58,241 nt of DNA from Bacteroidales bacterium (lineage in GTDB: Bacteria > Bacteroidota > Bacteroidia > Bacteroidales > VadinHA17). Position 1 is the first letter of the stretch, and every line of letters starts with the position of its first letter. The stretch lies in the NCBI GenBank assembly GCA_016936435.1, contig JAFGXX010000197.1, positions 1-58,241 of the forward strand, given 5' to 3'. Both the position numbers and the translations under genes were made by a program. Positions 10,300 through 19,390 of this stretch are shown in pieces. Under the pieces are notes generated by a model. It had not been told where the DNA came from. It saw only the letters and a list, made by a program, of their open reading frames with translations, and made no database searches.

Positions 10300-10824
10300 A
10301 TGACCGCTCAGATTCTGTTCCCGATTTTTTGCTCAGTGATTATTGTTGTTTCTGTTCTGGCAGTAACAACCCGTTCGGTTACAATGTCGGCGGTTTATAC
10401 CTCAATATTGCTAGCCGGCACATCAGGCATTTTTTTTTCGCTCAGACTTTTTTCTCTGGCTGCAATTAATCTTGTTTTATGTGCCGGAATAGTGATCCTG
10501 CTGGTGCGTAAGCCGGAATGGAGAATAAAAACACCTCTGCCTGAGGAAAAACGACAAACATGGCTCAGGCAGGCTATAGCCATAATTGCAGCTGCAGCAT
10601 TTGCGGCTGTAACAATAATTACAATAGTGCGCTTCAGGTTTGCACCCTACAGTGGGCCGGCAGGTGACACGAATCTGCCTGGAGGCTTTGACAATTTTAT
10701 CCCGTCACTTACAAATGGCTGGCTTTTGCCTCTGCTGATGATATCTTTTATTATAATGACAGCTATTATACTGATAAAAGCTGTTTCGCGTGACCGGGAG
10801 ACCTTGGAGAAGAAGAAAAACTAA
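10300..10824 (+). CDS. nuoJ: Divergent NADH-quinone oxidoreductase subunit J-like membrane protein
   Basis: 5-TM layout and size, directly upstream of a nuoK-like gene; the VYAG and PFE motifs are degenerate. Confidence 0.65.
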   Translation: MTAQILFPIFCSVIIVVSVLAVTTRSVTMSAVYTSILLAGTSGIFFSLRLFSLAAINLVLCAGIVILLVRKPEWRIKTPLPEEKRQTWLRQAIAIIAAAAFAAVTIITIVRFRFAPYSGPAGDTNLPGGFDNFIPSLTNGWLLPLLMISFIIMTAIILIKAVSRDRETLEKKKN

Positions 10825-10840
10825 TAAAAATAAAGAGCAC

Positions 10841-11161
10841 ATGAACACGGATATTCACCTTGAATATTATCTCATTACAGCAGTTGTTATGTTCTCTGCC
10901 GGAATTTATGGTTTGATAATCCGGAAGAGCCGGATTTCCGTGACAGTATCGCTGGCTCTGATGTTAAATTCAGTCATCATAAATTTTGCTGCTTTCAACA
11001 GCTACCTTTTTTTTCATAAAACAGAAGGCCTTATGGTAGCCTTAATGCTCATTGCAGTCATGATATGTGAGGCAGCAGTTGCCATTGTACTATTTATGAA
11101 GATCAGAACAAAGGAAGAACAGGCAAAAGAAGAGAAGAAACCAGGAACCAAAAAACTGTAA
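10841..11161 (+). CDS. nuoK: Divergent NuoK-like subunit
   Basis: GIYG..IR, LMLN...INF..FN, CEAAVA; 3 TMs; ATG 10841 preferred over GTG 10790. Confidence 0.8.
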   Translation: MNTDIHLEYYLITAVVMFSAGIYGLIIRKSRISVTVSLALMLNSVIINFAAFNSYLFFHKTEGLMVALMLIAVMICEAAVAIVLFMKIRTKEEQAKEEKKPGTKKL

Positions 11162-11164
11162 CCG

Positions 11165-12676
11165 ATGGGTATTCTTACAATATTCATTTTATTACCACTT
11201 TTAACCATAATAGTGATCCTTGCCGTCAGGAAACCTGATAATATAAGGGCTATTGCCAGGGCATCTGCCGTTTTACAGTTGCTTTTATCTGTTATCCTGA
11301 TACCCCTTTACCTTATAGAAATCGAACACGGTTCCTTGGAAAATATGCTTTTCACGGAAGATCTGATGTGGTTTGGCAGCATGAACATTCATTATATCGC
11401 CGGCGCTGACGGTATTACACTTTTAATGCTTATAATAAGCTCGCTGGCGGCGTTCGCAGCAGTATTTCATACAAGGCCGGGAGAAATCCCGCCGAAGGAG
11501 TTTTATGTACTACTGTTGTTAACTGTCAGTGCATCATCAGGCTTCATTGTTTCAACAGATCTGCTTACTGCATTTGTATTTTTCGCCGGGATACTTGTCC
11601 CATTATTCATCATGCAGAGCATGGAGGGCAAGGGAAACGGTAAAGCTTCACTGATGAAATTCATTCTGATCCCTGCCGGAGGTGCTGCACTGGTGCTGGT
11701 CGGTTTACTTGGGGTTTATTATAACTCAGCACCTGACGGTAATTATTTCACATTCAGTTCACTGGCTATACAGAAATATTTAATGGCCCGGCAGCCGCAA
11801 CAGGTCTTTTTCCCAATGATATTTACGGGCTTTGCAGTAACAGGAGCTTTAGTACCTTTCAGCATCTGGCTACCCGGGACTTTGTCTTCCATGTCACCGG
11901 AGTTACGGTCATTTTATTCCGGTCTGATTATTAAACTGGGAATATATGGTGCTTTCAGATTTGGCATATACCTTATGCCTGAAGGTGCCAACGAAGTGTC
12001 GTTGTACCTTCTTCCGGTCGTGGCCGCAGGGGTGGTTTTCGGATCGGCTCTCACAATAATGCAGAAAGACCTTCGGAATATTCTAATATGGTCTTCAGTA
12101 AGTTACAGCGGACTCATATTCTTCTCCCTGCTCCTGGTTAATGAGATGGCATTAACGGGTGCAATCGTGATGTTGTTCTCTCACGGAACTGCAGTTATCC
12201 TGCTTTTTGCGCTTACAGAAATGATAAATACACGGACAGGGACAGCAGAAGTAAAAAGTATTCTTAATCTCCGGCTGCGTCGTTTGGGTTTGCCTGTCAG
12301 CTATTTGATTGCGGTCCTCATTATGGGAGGAGTACCGGGTTCAGTGGGTTTTACGGGGTGGAAACTGATGATCAGCGCATTTTTACAGGAAAATGAACCT
12401 TTAAGAAAGATAAGCGGTATTGTGGTCCTGGTTTCAATGGCCATAATGATAATTTTCATTTTGCTGATCGCTCTTAAGATCCTCTTCAGAGCATCTGAAA
12501 AAGCTGAAAGCAGGAATGCCGACTGTAACGGGATAATGCTATCGGAAAGGATCACGGTTTTGATACTCCTGATACCGCCTCTGGTGGCAGGTTTTTTTCC
12601 GGCATGGATACTGTCACTTATAGATGCGGGACTAAAGCCTCTGCTGTCAAGGATAAATACTATTAATCTGTTTTAA
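11165..12676 (+). CDS. nuoM: Divergent NuoM-like antiporter subunit
   Basis: HYIAGADGI, DL..F.F, P...WLP, IKLGIYG, SHG, GVPGSVGF. Confidence 0.8.
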   Translation: MGILTIFILLPLLTIIVILAVRKPDNIRAIARASAVLQLLLSVILIPLYLIEIEHGSLENMLFTEDLMWFGSMNIHYIAGADGITLLMLIISSLAAFAAVFHTRPGEIPPKEFYVLLLLTVSASSGFIVSTDLLTAFVFFAGILVPLFIMQSMEGKGNGKASLMKFILIPAGGAALVLVGLLGVYYNSAPDGNYFTFSSLAIQKYLMARQPQQVFFPMIFTGFAVTGALVPFSIWLPGTLSSMSPELRSFYSGLIIKLGIYGAFRFGIYLMPEGANEVSLYLLPVVAAGVVFGSALTIMQKDLRNILIWSSVSYSGLIFFSLLLVNEMALTGAIVMLFSHGTAVILLFALTEMINTRTGTAEVKSILNLRLRRLGLPVSYLIAVLIMGGVPGSVGFTGWKLMISAFLQENEPLRKISGIVVLVSMAIMIIFILLIALKILFRASEKAESRNADCNGIMLSERITVLILLIPPLVAGFFPAWILSLIDAGLKPLLSRINTINLF

Positions 12677-12700
12677 AGAATTATAGCGACCATAGAATTT

Positions 12701-14122
12701 ATGAACCTGGAAGAACTGATATATATGCGTCATGAAGTGCTGCTTGCGGCAGTGATGATCCTGACCTTAACAGCAGGCTCGAACAGAAAAATGTTTAGTG
12801 CGTTCACATTAAGCATTACCGCAACAGGGCTCTTCCTTGTTGTGGCAGCCATGGGTTTTTTAACCGTTAAAGACGGCATCGCTTTCGGAGGAATGTTCCT
12901 GGCATCCCCGCTTCCCATCATTATGAAGAATATTCTGAATGTGGCCATTCTTATTATCCTGCTGAAGACATTCGGATGGCTAAGCAGGCAGAAAGATACA
13001 CGCGATGCAAGAGACTTTTATGTTCTTATCTTTTTATCTCTTCTTGGAATATACCTGATGCTTTCAGCAGGTCATTTCCTGGTACTCTATCTGGGAATTG
13101 AACTGGCAGCTCTTCCTGTTTCAGCAATGGTAAAAATACAAAAGGGGAAGCGGGACCTTCCGGCATCTACGGACGGGATGATCAGGACTTCATTATTTTC
13201 ATCTTTGCTTATACTGTCCGGTATATCAATCACATACGGGATATGCGGGACACTGTACTTCTCCGAGCTGATCACCATTAACATGAACAACACCCTTCAG
13301 GTACTTGCTTTATTCTTAATGTTTGGAGGTATTCTGATAAAAATATTTATCGTCCCGTACTATCTTATTATCGGCGGCATGGGTGGACGTGATCCTTCAG
13401 GATTGACATCACTGCAAGCAATTGTAATATCTGTCTCATCAATTTTTATCCTGCTGATAATTCTTTTTTCCATATTCCCGTCAGTTTCGATACTGTGGCA
13501 AAAGACTATATTTTTTCTCACTCTTGGAGGGATCACTGCAGGAAATATCATAACATTGAGGCAGAAGAAGACCAGCCGTTTTCTTGCCTGGTCTACACTG
13601 GTGCAGACGGCTTATATACTGACCGGCATTATCGGTATCAGTCCTCTTGGCATGGCATCGATAATATACTCGTCAGCAGCATTTATTTTTTCTGCCATGG
13701 GTTTGTTTGTAACTGTGTTACTGGTGACAGAAGCGACAGGCAGGGATGAAATTTCAGATTTCAGGGGATTGTACCATTCAAACAGGAGTCTGGCTCTTGC
13801 GATAACCGTTGCTTTGCTCTCACTAGCAGCCATTCCTCCTTTTGCAGGTTTCTTCGGGAGATTTTTTGTTTTTGCGGCGGCCGCTGAAAAGGGATTCTAT
13901 TTCTTTCTCCTTGTAATTTCTGCAAATACGTTACTGACACTATATTACTATATTGATCTTATCAGGATTATCTTCTCTGCCAGCCCTGACCGGCCTTTAA
14001 AGAAGATAAAAAGTGATTTTGCCGGCAGCCTGGCACTGATAATCTGCATTGCAGGTATTTTACTGGCAGGTTTTGCAGGTGGTCTTTTTGACAGGCTGCA
14101 TGATCTCAGTTTCGGTGTGTGA
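12701..14122 (+). CDS. nuoN: Divergent NuoN-like antiporter subunit
   Basis: YLGIELAALP, YGICGTLYF, GNI..LRQ...RFLAWS, LSLAAIPPFAGF, YYY. Confidence 0.82.
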   Translation: MNLEELIYMRHEVLLAAVMILTLTAGSNRKMFSAFTLSITATGLFLVVAAMGFLTVKDGIAFGGMFLASPLPIIMKNILNVAILIILLKTFGWLSRQKDTRDARDFYVLIFLSLLGIYLMLSAGHFLVLYLGIELAALPVSAMVKIQKGKRDLPASTDGMIRTSLFSSLLILSGISITYGICGTLYFSELITINMNNTLQVLALFLMFGGILIKIFIVPYYLIIGGMGGRDPSGLTSLQAIVISVSSIFILLIILFSIFPSVSILWQKTIFFLTLGGITAGNIITLRQKKTSRFLAWSTLVQTAYILTGIIGISPLGMASIIYSSAAFIFSAMGLFVTVLLVTEATGRDEISDFRGLYHSNRSLALAITVALLSLAAIPPFAGFFGRFFVFAAAAEKGFYFFLLVISANTLLTLYYYIDLIRIIFSASPDRPLKKIKSDFAGSLALIICIAGILLAGFAGGLFDRLHDLSFGV

Positions 14123-14153
14123 ATCGCTCAGTTGTTTTTAAGCATGTATTATG

Positions 14154-14906
14154 CTATAGCGAATCATCGTTCCAGATATCCCAAGATCGCTCGGCCTGCG
14201 AACGCAGCATCTTCATCCCGGTTATTATTCTGCAGCCTCTCTCCTTTCCTGTTCTGAGAAATTCTGTCATCTCCGGATTATAAACCAGGTCGAAGAGAGT
14301 ATGTTCCGGGCCAAGGCTACCGTAGTCAATATCAGGCTTTGAACCTGTATCAGGGTACATTCCAAGTGGTGTTGTATTCACTATTATATCGACCGAGCCC
14401 AGAACTGACGGTGTTATTTCTTCATATGTAAGAACCCCTGACCTGTTCTTCCTGGAAACCTGAATAATCTCACAACCCAGTTTTTTGAGGGTCCATACTA
14501 CGGCTTTGCTGCTGCCACCTGTACCCAGGACCATTACTCTTCGGGCAGTACCTCTGATGCAGGGAACCAGGGAGTCTTTAATTCCCGTTACGTCGCTGTT
14601 GAAGGCTGAGATATAGGGTCTGTCCTTCATCCACTTAATTTTAAGCACATTTGCAGCTCCGATCTGGTCAACTTCGTCTCCTGTTATGTCGACATATCTG
14701 AGTATTTCGGTTTTATAGGGGATTGTAACATTGAGTCCGGTCAGACCAGGATTTTTTTTAAGAAGAGTCCGAAATTCCTCTATCTTTTTTATGGGATAAT
14801 TTTCATAGACACAGTCTGTGATATTTTCCCTTCTGAATTTTTCCGAGAAATATCTGACAGAAAATGAGTGTGTGAGGGGATATCCTATGAGCCCGAATTT
14901 TCTCAT
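14154..14906 (-). CDS. aroE: Shikimate dehydrogenase
   Basis: GLIGYPLTHSFS, GLNVTIPYK, NTTPLGM, DLVYNP. Confidence 0.93.
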   Translation of the reverse strand: MRKFGLIGYPLTHSFSVRYFSEKFRRENITDCVYENYPIKKIEEFRTLLKKNPGLTGLNVTIPYKTEILRYVDITGDEVDQIGAANVLKIKWMKDRPYISAFNSDVTGIKDSLVPCIRGTARRVMVLGTGGSSKAVVWTLKKLGCEIIQVSRKNRSGVLTYEEITPSVLGSVDIIVNTTPLGMYPDTGSKPDIDYGSLGPEHTLFDLVYNPEMTEFLRTGKERGCRIITGMKMLRSQAERSWDIWNDDSL

Positions 14907-14939
14907 CTCCGGTCTAATGAGAAGAATTTAAGAAACACA

Positions 14940-15713
14940 CTATTGTTTAAGTTCATCCGGAAGAAACTGGAAGAATGTATCGCCACGCAGTCCTAGCCTG
15001 AGAGATTCGAGGGGTATTATTTCGTAAGGTGCAATATTTCCAAGGTTTACGTTGGCGCCGAAATGTTTGATAAACCATGCCTGCTGGCTCTTCATCGGGG
15101 CTTCCCAGATAACATTTTCGAGTTTCACCTGGTCGGAAATGGCGCCGATAATGGAGTTGTTTATTGAGCCATCCTCGTTATAAATGCCTGTAGTCCCTGA
15201 TTCCCTTGCTTCTGCTATCACTTTAACAGAACCGGCATCGAGTTCTGCTTTCATCATCTCCACCCACTGATCAGGGCTGTAAACGACCTCTTTCTTTTTT
15301 GAACCAACTTCGGAGATCACGGTTCTGTGTCTGGCAAGTTTGTGAATATATTCAAGTTTACGGTCATGGTCAATATCGAAAGACCCGTCAGATACCTCAA
15401 CTAGGTCGATCCTGTACTTATCGAGAAACTTTACAAATTCTTTGAACATATCGCGTATTACAAACGCTTCAAAGAGGGTTCCCCCGAAATAAGGTATCAC
15501 ACCTTCCTTTTTGTAAATATTGATCTTCTTTTCAAGACCGGGAGTTATAAGAGAGGTCCCGAAACCAAGCTTAACGTAATCGGTATAACTGCTTCCGACC
15601 GACATAAAGCTGGCTGCTTCATTCAGGCTCAGGCCTTTATCCATCACCATGGTAAGTCCGTATTCTCTGGGTTTACGCGGACGGTCGGGCAGATAAGGAA
15701 GTATTTTTTTCAT
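14940..15713 (-). CDS. comA: Phosphosulfolactate synthase (ComA family)
   Basis: RPRKPR-GLTMVMDKG, VKLGFGT, GGTLFE, EVGSK, EARESG, LESLRLGLRGDT. Confidence 0.93.
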   Translation of the reverse strand: MKKILPYLPDRPRKPREYGLTMVMDKGLSLNEAASFMSVGSSYTDYVKLGFGTSLITPGLEKKINIYKKEGVIPYFGGTLFEAFVIRDMFKEFVKFLDKYRIDLVEVSDGSFDIDHDRKLEYIHKLARHRTVISEVGSKKKEVVYSPDQWVEMMKAELDAGSVKVIAEARESGTTGIYNEDGSINNSIIGAISDQVKLENVIWEAPMKSQQAWFIKHFGANVNLGNIAPYEIIPLESLRLGLRGDTFFQFLPDELKQ

Positions 15714-15740
15714 GACGTATCAGAATTACAGGTTCGGTTT

Positions 15741-17153
15741 TCAGATCAGGTCAAACTTGATCAGAAGCCTGATGATCTTTCTTGAGAGAATTTGCCTCGG
15801 GAAGAGCTCCCTGTATACAAAAAACAGACCGCTGTCTATGTCGAGGGCAAGAGAGAGGTGGTAAAAAGCTCTATCGGTGTTTCCTGATTTCAGGTAGAAA
15901 GAAGCAAGCAGATAATTTATTCCGGGCACTTCGCCTGTTGCCTTGCAGGCATGATCGAGGTATGGTAATGCCTTTTTTTCAAGCTTCTCGCTTAGAATGA
16001 TCTTGGCAAAATCGAGCCAGACCTCATCATAATAGGGATCAAGTTTCAGAGCTTCCCTGAAGCATGAAACAGAGCTCTTTAGTTCAGACCTGGCATGATA
16101 GGCTTTCCCCATAAAATACCAGTATTCAGGGTTTTCGTCATCAAGACGAACAGCTTTCCTGAAAAAAATAATACTGTCATCAGGGTTGCCGGTTTTAAGT
16201 TCTACTACCCCTAGTCCGAACCATGGTTCAGCATATTCGGGGGCAATTTCGATAGCATCGTGATAGTATTGTCTTGCCAGTATTACATCGCCTGTTTTTT
16301 CGTAGCATTCTCCCAGATAGTTAAGAGCCTCAAAACTATCAGGTTCTACTCCAAGGTATTCATGGTACACGGGAATAGCTTCGGTATACCTTTCGAGATT
16401 GCTTAGAATATTAGCTTTATTGAACAGTGCGAATGAATTCTGGTGGTTAACGGCAAGAGCATAATCATAGGCTTCGAGAGCTTTTGAAGGCTGGTCTATC
16501 TTGTTATAAATTATGCCAAGGTTATACCATGCACTGTCAGAAAAAGGTTCTTCTTCGAGATATTTTAAATAATATATTATGCTGTTGGCGTAATCTTCAG
16601 TCTTTTCGTATGCATAGGCCAGGTCGTAAAGATGTGACTGGAATTCGGGTTCCAGTTCTATTAACCTGAGAAGATAGGGGATCAGGTGATCATAGTAATT
16701 GAGATTCTGGAGAACCGATACTATTGAAAAAAGTATCCCGGCTATGTCGTCATAATCAAGAGAGAGAGCATAATCAAACACCCTCTTTGCTCCCTGAATA
16801 TCACCCAGGATGCCCATGGCAGTTCCCTTTGCGATGAAAATTTCATGATTGCCGGGTTCAATGCTTTCAAGTTGTTTAAGTATCCCCAATGCTTCCAGAG
16901 CCCGACCCTTTTCGAGAAGGACTTTTGCTTTTCGAAGCTGTATTGAAACCGAATAAGGATGTTGTTTTGAAGCCAGCGATGCTGCTTCGTAAGCCTTTAC
17001 CGAATTGTTGTTCTCTATGTAATAGTCAATTATGGATTCAAATTCAACGACATCAAAGAAATAACTTTCATTATTTCTTCTCATCCGCTCGAACTTCTGG
17101 ACAGCCTGATTTATTTCATCCTCCCACTGCAAACCAAATTTATCCTCTTCCAT
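15741..17153 (-). CDS. Tetratricopeptide repeat protein
   Basis: Many ~34-aa TPR units (AWYNLGIIY..., PWFGLG..., YWYFMGKAY...); N-terminal YFFDVVEFESIIDYY. Confidence 0.9.
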   Translation of the reverse strand: MEEDKFGLQWEDEINQAVQKFERMRRNNESYFFDVVEFESIIDYYIENNNSVKAYEAASLASKQHPYSVSIQLRKAKVLLEKGRALEALGILKQLESIEPGNHEIFIAKGTAMGILGDIQGAKRVFDYALSLDYDDIAGILFSIVSVLQNLNYYDHLIPYLLRLIELEPEFQSHLYDLAYAYEKTEDYANSIIYYLKYLEEEPFSDSAWYNLGIIYNKIDQPSKALEAYDYALAVNHQNSFALFNKANILSNLERYTEAIPVYHEYLGVEPDSFEALNYLGECYEKTGDVILARQYYHDAIEIAPEYAEPWFGLGVVELKTGNPDDSIIFFRKAVRLDDENPEYWYFMGKAYHARSELKSSVSCFREALKLDPYYDEVWLDFAKIILSEKLEKKALPYLDHACKATGEVPGINYLLASFYLKSGNTDRAFYHLSLALDIDSGLFFVYRELFPRQILSRKIIRLLIKFDLI

Positions 17154-17308
17154 GGCCAGAGTTATTATTGCACAAAAATAATATTAATTATTGCAAACCT
17201 TTAACGGCCTGTATTCAATTATTAACAATAGTACATTTTTTCAAACAGTTGTATTTCAACATAATATAAAAAGCAGCTGTTTTTTTTACTTTTTTCTGCC
17301 ATATAAAC

Positions 17309-17335
17309 GCAACCTATGCAGTCAAATATTCATCT
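17309..17335 (+). promoter_or_regulatory. Putative ECF-sigma promoter
   Basis: GCAACC (17309-14), 16 nt, CATCT (17331-35); resembles the ECF AAC/CGTC layout. Confidence 0.4.
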
Positions 17336-17342
17336 TCTCTGT

Positions 17343-17436
17343 AAATACATATTAGATTACCCTATACCCAATTTACCCTGGAATTAACCTAAATTCTACC
17401 TCAGAAAGACCGGGCAAACCCCCGGTCTTTCTATTG
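17343..17436 (+). ncRNA. Candidate small RNA (~90 nt)
   Basis: Lies between the ECF-like promoter and a 12-bp terminator-like stem, in a divergent intergenic region with no credible ORF. Confidence 0.35.
17403..17436 (+). terminator. Terminator-like hairpin
   Basis: Perfect 12-bp stem AGAAAGACCGGG-caaacc-CCCGGTCTTTCT. Confidence 0.7.
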
Positions 17437-17449
17437 ATACTAATTTTGG

Positions 17450-17457
17450 TATCTTTG
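17450..17457 (+). promoter_or_regulatory. -7 promoter element for the PD40 lipoprotein gene
   Basis: TATCTTTG, 26 nt before ATG 17484. Confidence 0.6.
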
Positions 17458-17483
17458 CGTTAAAGTAGTATAATAAGTCTGTT

Positions 17484-18500
17484 ATGAAAAGATATTTAAA
17501 AATTTCCACCGGTTTATTACTTTCGATAGTCCTTATGATAGGTTCAGGGCTCCTGTCGTGCAAAAAAGAAGAGAATCCCATTAAGTTTCCCTTTGGCACC
17601 TTCCCCGATACTGCAACATTTGCACTTCAAGACCTGAATTCGGAGTATGATGATTACAACCTCGATATCCATCAGATATACGATAATGTTTTTCTGTTTT
17701 TTTCGAGCAACAGGAACAGTATGGGAGATGAATTTGACCTTGTTCAGGGAATGGTGTCCTTTGTATGGGACCAGACAACGGGTGCCTTTGGATTCGGATG
17801 TGAGGTGACATCAGATCCATTCCTGACTGAACTTGCTTCAAGAGTCAATAGCCCCGGCAATGAATTCGGACCCTATCGTTTTTTCAGTACTGTCGACGGC
17901 TACGAGTACCTGTTACTATCTTCACAGAATGAAGATGGGGACCTTGATTTTTACTATTGCAAAAACCAGCCATCGCAGGGAGCAGCTATTCCTGCAATTT
18001 CAGGACCCTACCCGGTCAGTCTTCTCAACACAGTTCATGACGACGCATATATAAGCTTTGACAACAACCAGGACACCGCAGTCTTTTCAACGAATGTCGG
18101 AGGCAACTTTGATATTTTCATTGCAGCAAGACCTGCCGAGACTGATCCTGAGACATGGTTCAGCGGTTTGTATTCAGAATCCTCGGTGCCGGTTGACAGC
18201 GTCAACAGCAGCAGTGAAGATAAATGTCCTTTTATTTTCGGGGATATTATGGTATTTGCATCTGACCGCCCCGGAGGGATGGGAGGATTTGACCTGTACA
18301 TGTCGTTATTCAGAAACGGGAAGTGGAGCACGGCTGAGAACCTGGGTCCCGATATCAACACTCAATACGATGAATACAGGCCTGTTACAGGTACTGTAAC
18401 CAATTATACCAATCTCCTTCTGATGTTCTCATCAAACAGGCCGGGAGGACAGGGAGGATATGATCTGTATTTCAGGGGAATGGATGATCCCCTGAAGTGA
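17484..18500 (+). CDS. Lipoprotein with PD40 (WD40-like) repeats
   Basis: Lipobox LLSC-KKEE; repeated F(A/S)S(D/N)RPGGxGG(F/Y)DLY and NLGPDINT motifs. Confidence 0.82.
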   Translation: MKRYLKISTGLLLSIVLMIGSGLLSCKKEENPIKFPFGTFPDTATFALQDLNSEYDDYNLDIHQIYDNVFLFFSSNRNSMGDEFDLVQGMVSFVWDQTTGAFGFGCEVTSDPFLTELASRVNSPGNEFGPYRFFSTVDGYEYLLLSSQNEDGDLDFYYCKNQPSQGAAIPAISGPYPVSLLNTVHDDAYISFDNNQDTAVFSTNVGGNFDIFIAARPAETDPETWFSGLYSESSVPVDSVNSSSEDKCPFIFGDIMVFASDRPGGMGGFDLYMSLFRNGKWSTAENLGPDINTQYDEYRPVTGTVTNYTNLLLMFSSNRPGGQGGYDLYFRGMDDPLK

Positions 18501-18503
18501 TCT

Positions 18504-19382
18504 TCAACCTTGTTTCCTGTTTTGGGCTGCAAAGAGCGTATTTTTCAGCAGCGAAACTCTTGTCATGGGTCCTACACCACCGGGTACAGGTGTTATGAAG
18601 GAGCACTTTGGAGCAACGCTTTCAAAGTCTACATCACCTGAAAGCCTGAAGCCCGATTTTGTTCCCGGAGCTTCTACACGCGTGGTACCAACATCAATTA
18701 CGACAGCACCCTCCTTAACCATTTCTGCTTTAACAAATCCCGGTGAACCTAATGCGGCAATTATTATATCGGCCTCCCTTAAAACATCAGGTATGTTTGC
18801 TGTCCGGCTGTGAACCACGGTCACAGTAGCATCGACACCTTTTCCTGAAAGAAGGATGCTCACCGGGCGTCCTACAATGTTGCTTCTGCCGATCACAACA
18901 CAGTTTTTACCCCGGGTCTCGATCCTGTATCTTTTAATAAGTTCCATGATGCCATAAGGTGTTGCAGGAAGAAATCCCTCAAGGCCTATCATCATTCTTC
19001 CCAGGTTGACAGGGTGAAAGCCGTCAGCATCTTTTGAAGGATCAATGGCTTCTATCACTTTCGTCTCTTTTATATGATCAGGAAGCGGAAGCTGCACAAT
19101 AAATCCGTCGATACTGCTGTCGCTGTTAAATTCTTCTATTTTTGCGAGAAGGATATCCTCAGGCACATCATTTCCATATGTTACCAGGGTAGAGCGAAAA
19201 CCCACCTCCTCACAATCTTTTACCTTATTGGATACATAGGTCCGGCTGGATGGGTCGTCACCCACAAGAACAGCTGCCAGATGAGGGACAGCGAATCCTC
19301 TTTTCCGCATCGAAGCAACCTTATCGGCAATTTCGCGTCTGATATCGGCTGCAGTTTGCTTTCCGTCGATCAGGGTATACAT
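18504..19382 (-). CDS. folD: Methylenetetrahydrofolate dehydrogenase/cyclohydrolase
   Basis: VQLPLP, KDADGFHP, GRSNIVGRP, TPVPGGVGPMT. Confidence 0.96.
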   Translation of the reverse strand: MYTLIDGKQTAADIRREIADKVASMRKRGFAVPHLAAVLVGDDPSSRTYVSNKVKDCEEVGFRSTLVTYGNDVPEDILLAKIEEFNSDSSIDGFIVQLPLPDHIKETKVIEAIDPSKDADGFHPVNLGRMMIGLEGFLPATPYGIMELIKRYRIETRGKNCVVIGRSNIVGRPVSILLSGKGVDATVTVVHSRTANIPDVLREADIIIAALGSPGFVKAEMVKEGAVVIDVGTTRVEAPGTKSGFRLSGDVDFESVAPKCSFITPVPGGVGPMTRVSLLKNTLFAAQNRKQG

Positions 19383-19390
19383 ATTGTCAG

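Noticed and set aside
10300-14122. Reading the nuo-like cassette as an Mrp Na+/H+ antiporter or hydrogenase membrane arm
   Set aside because: No MrpA/B/E/F/G or hydrogenase subunits nearby; motifs and gene order match NuoJ/K/M/N.
17396-17599. 67-aa minus-strand ORF across the hairpin
   Set aside because: Overlaps the lipoprotein gene start and its promoter; no coding features.
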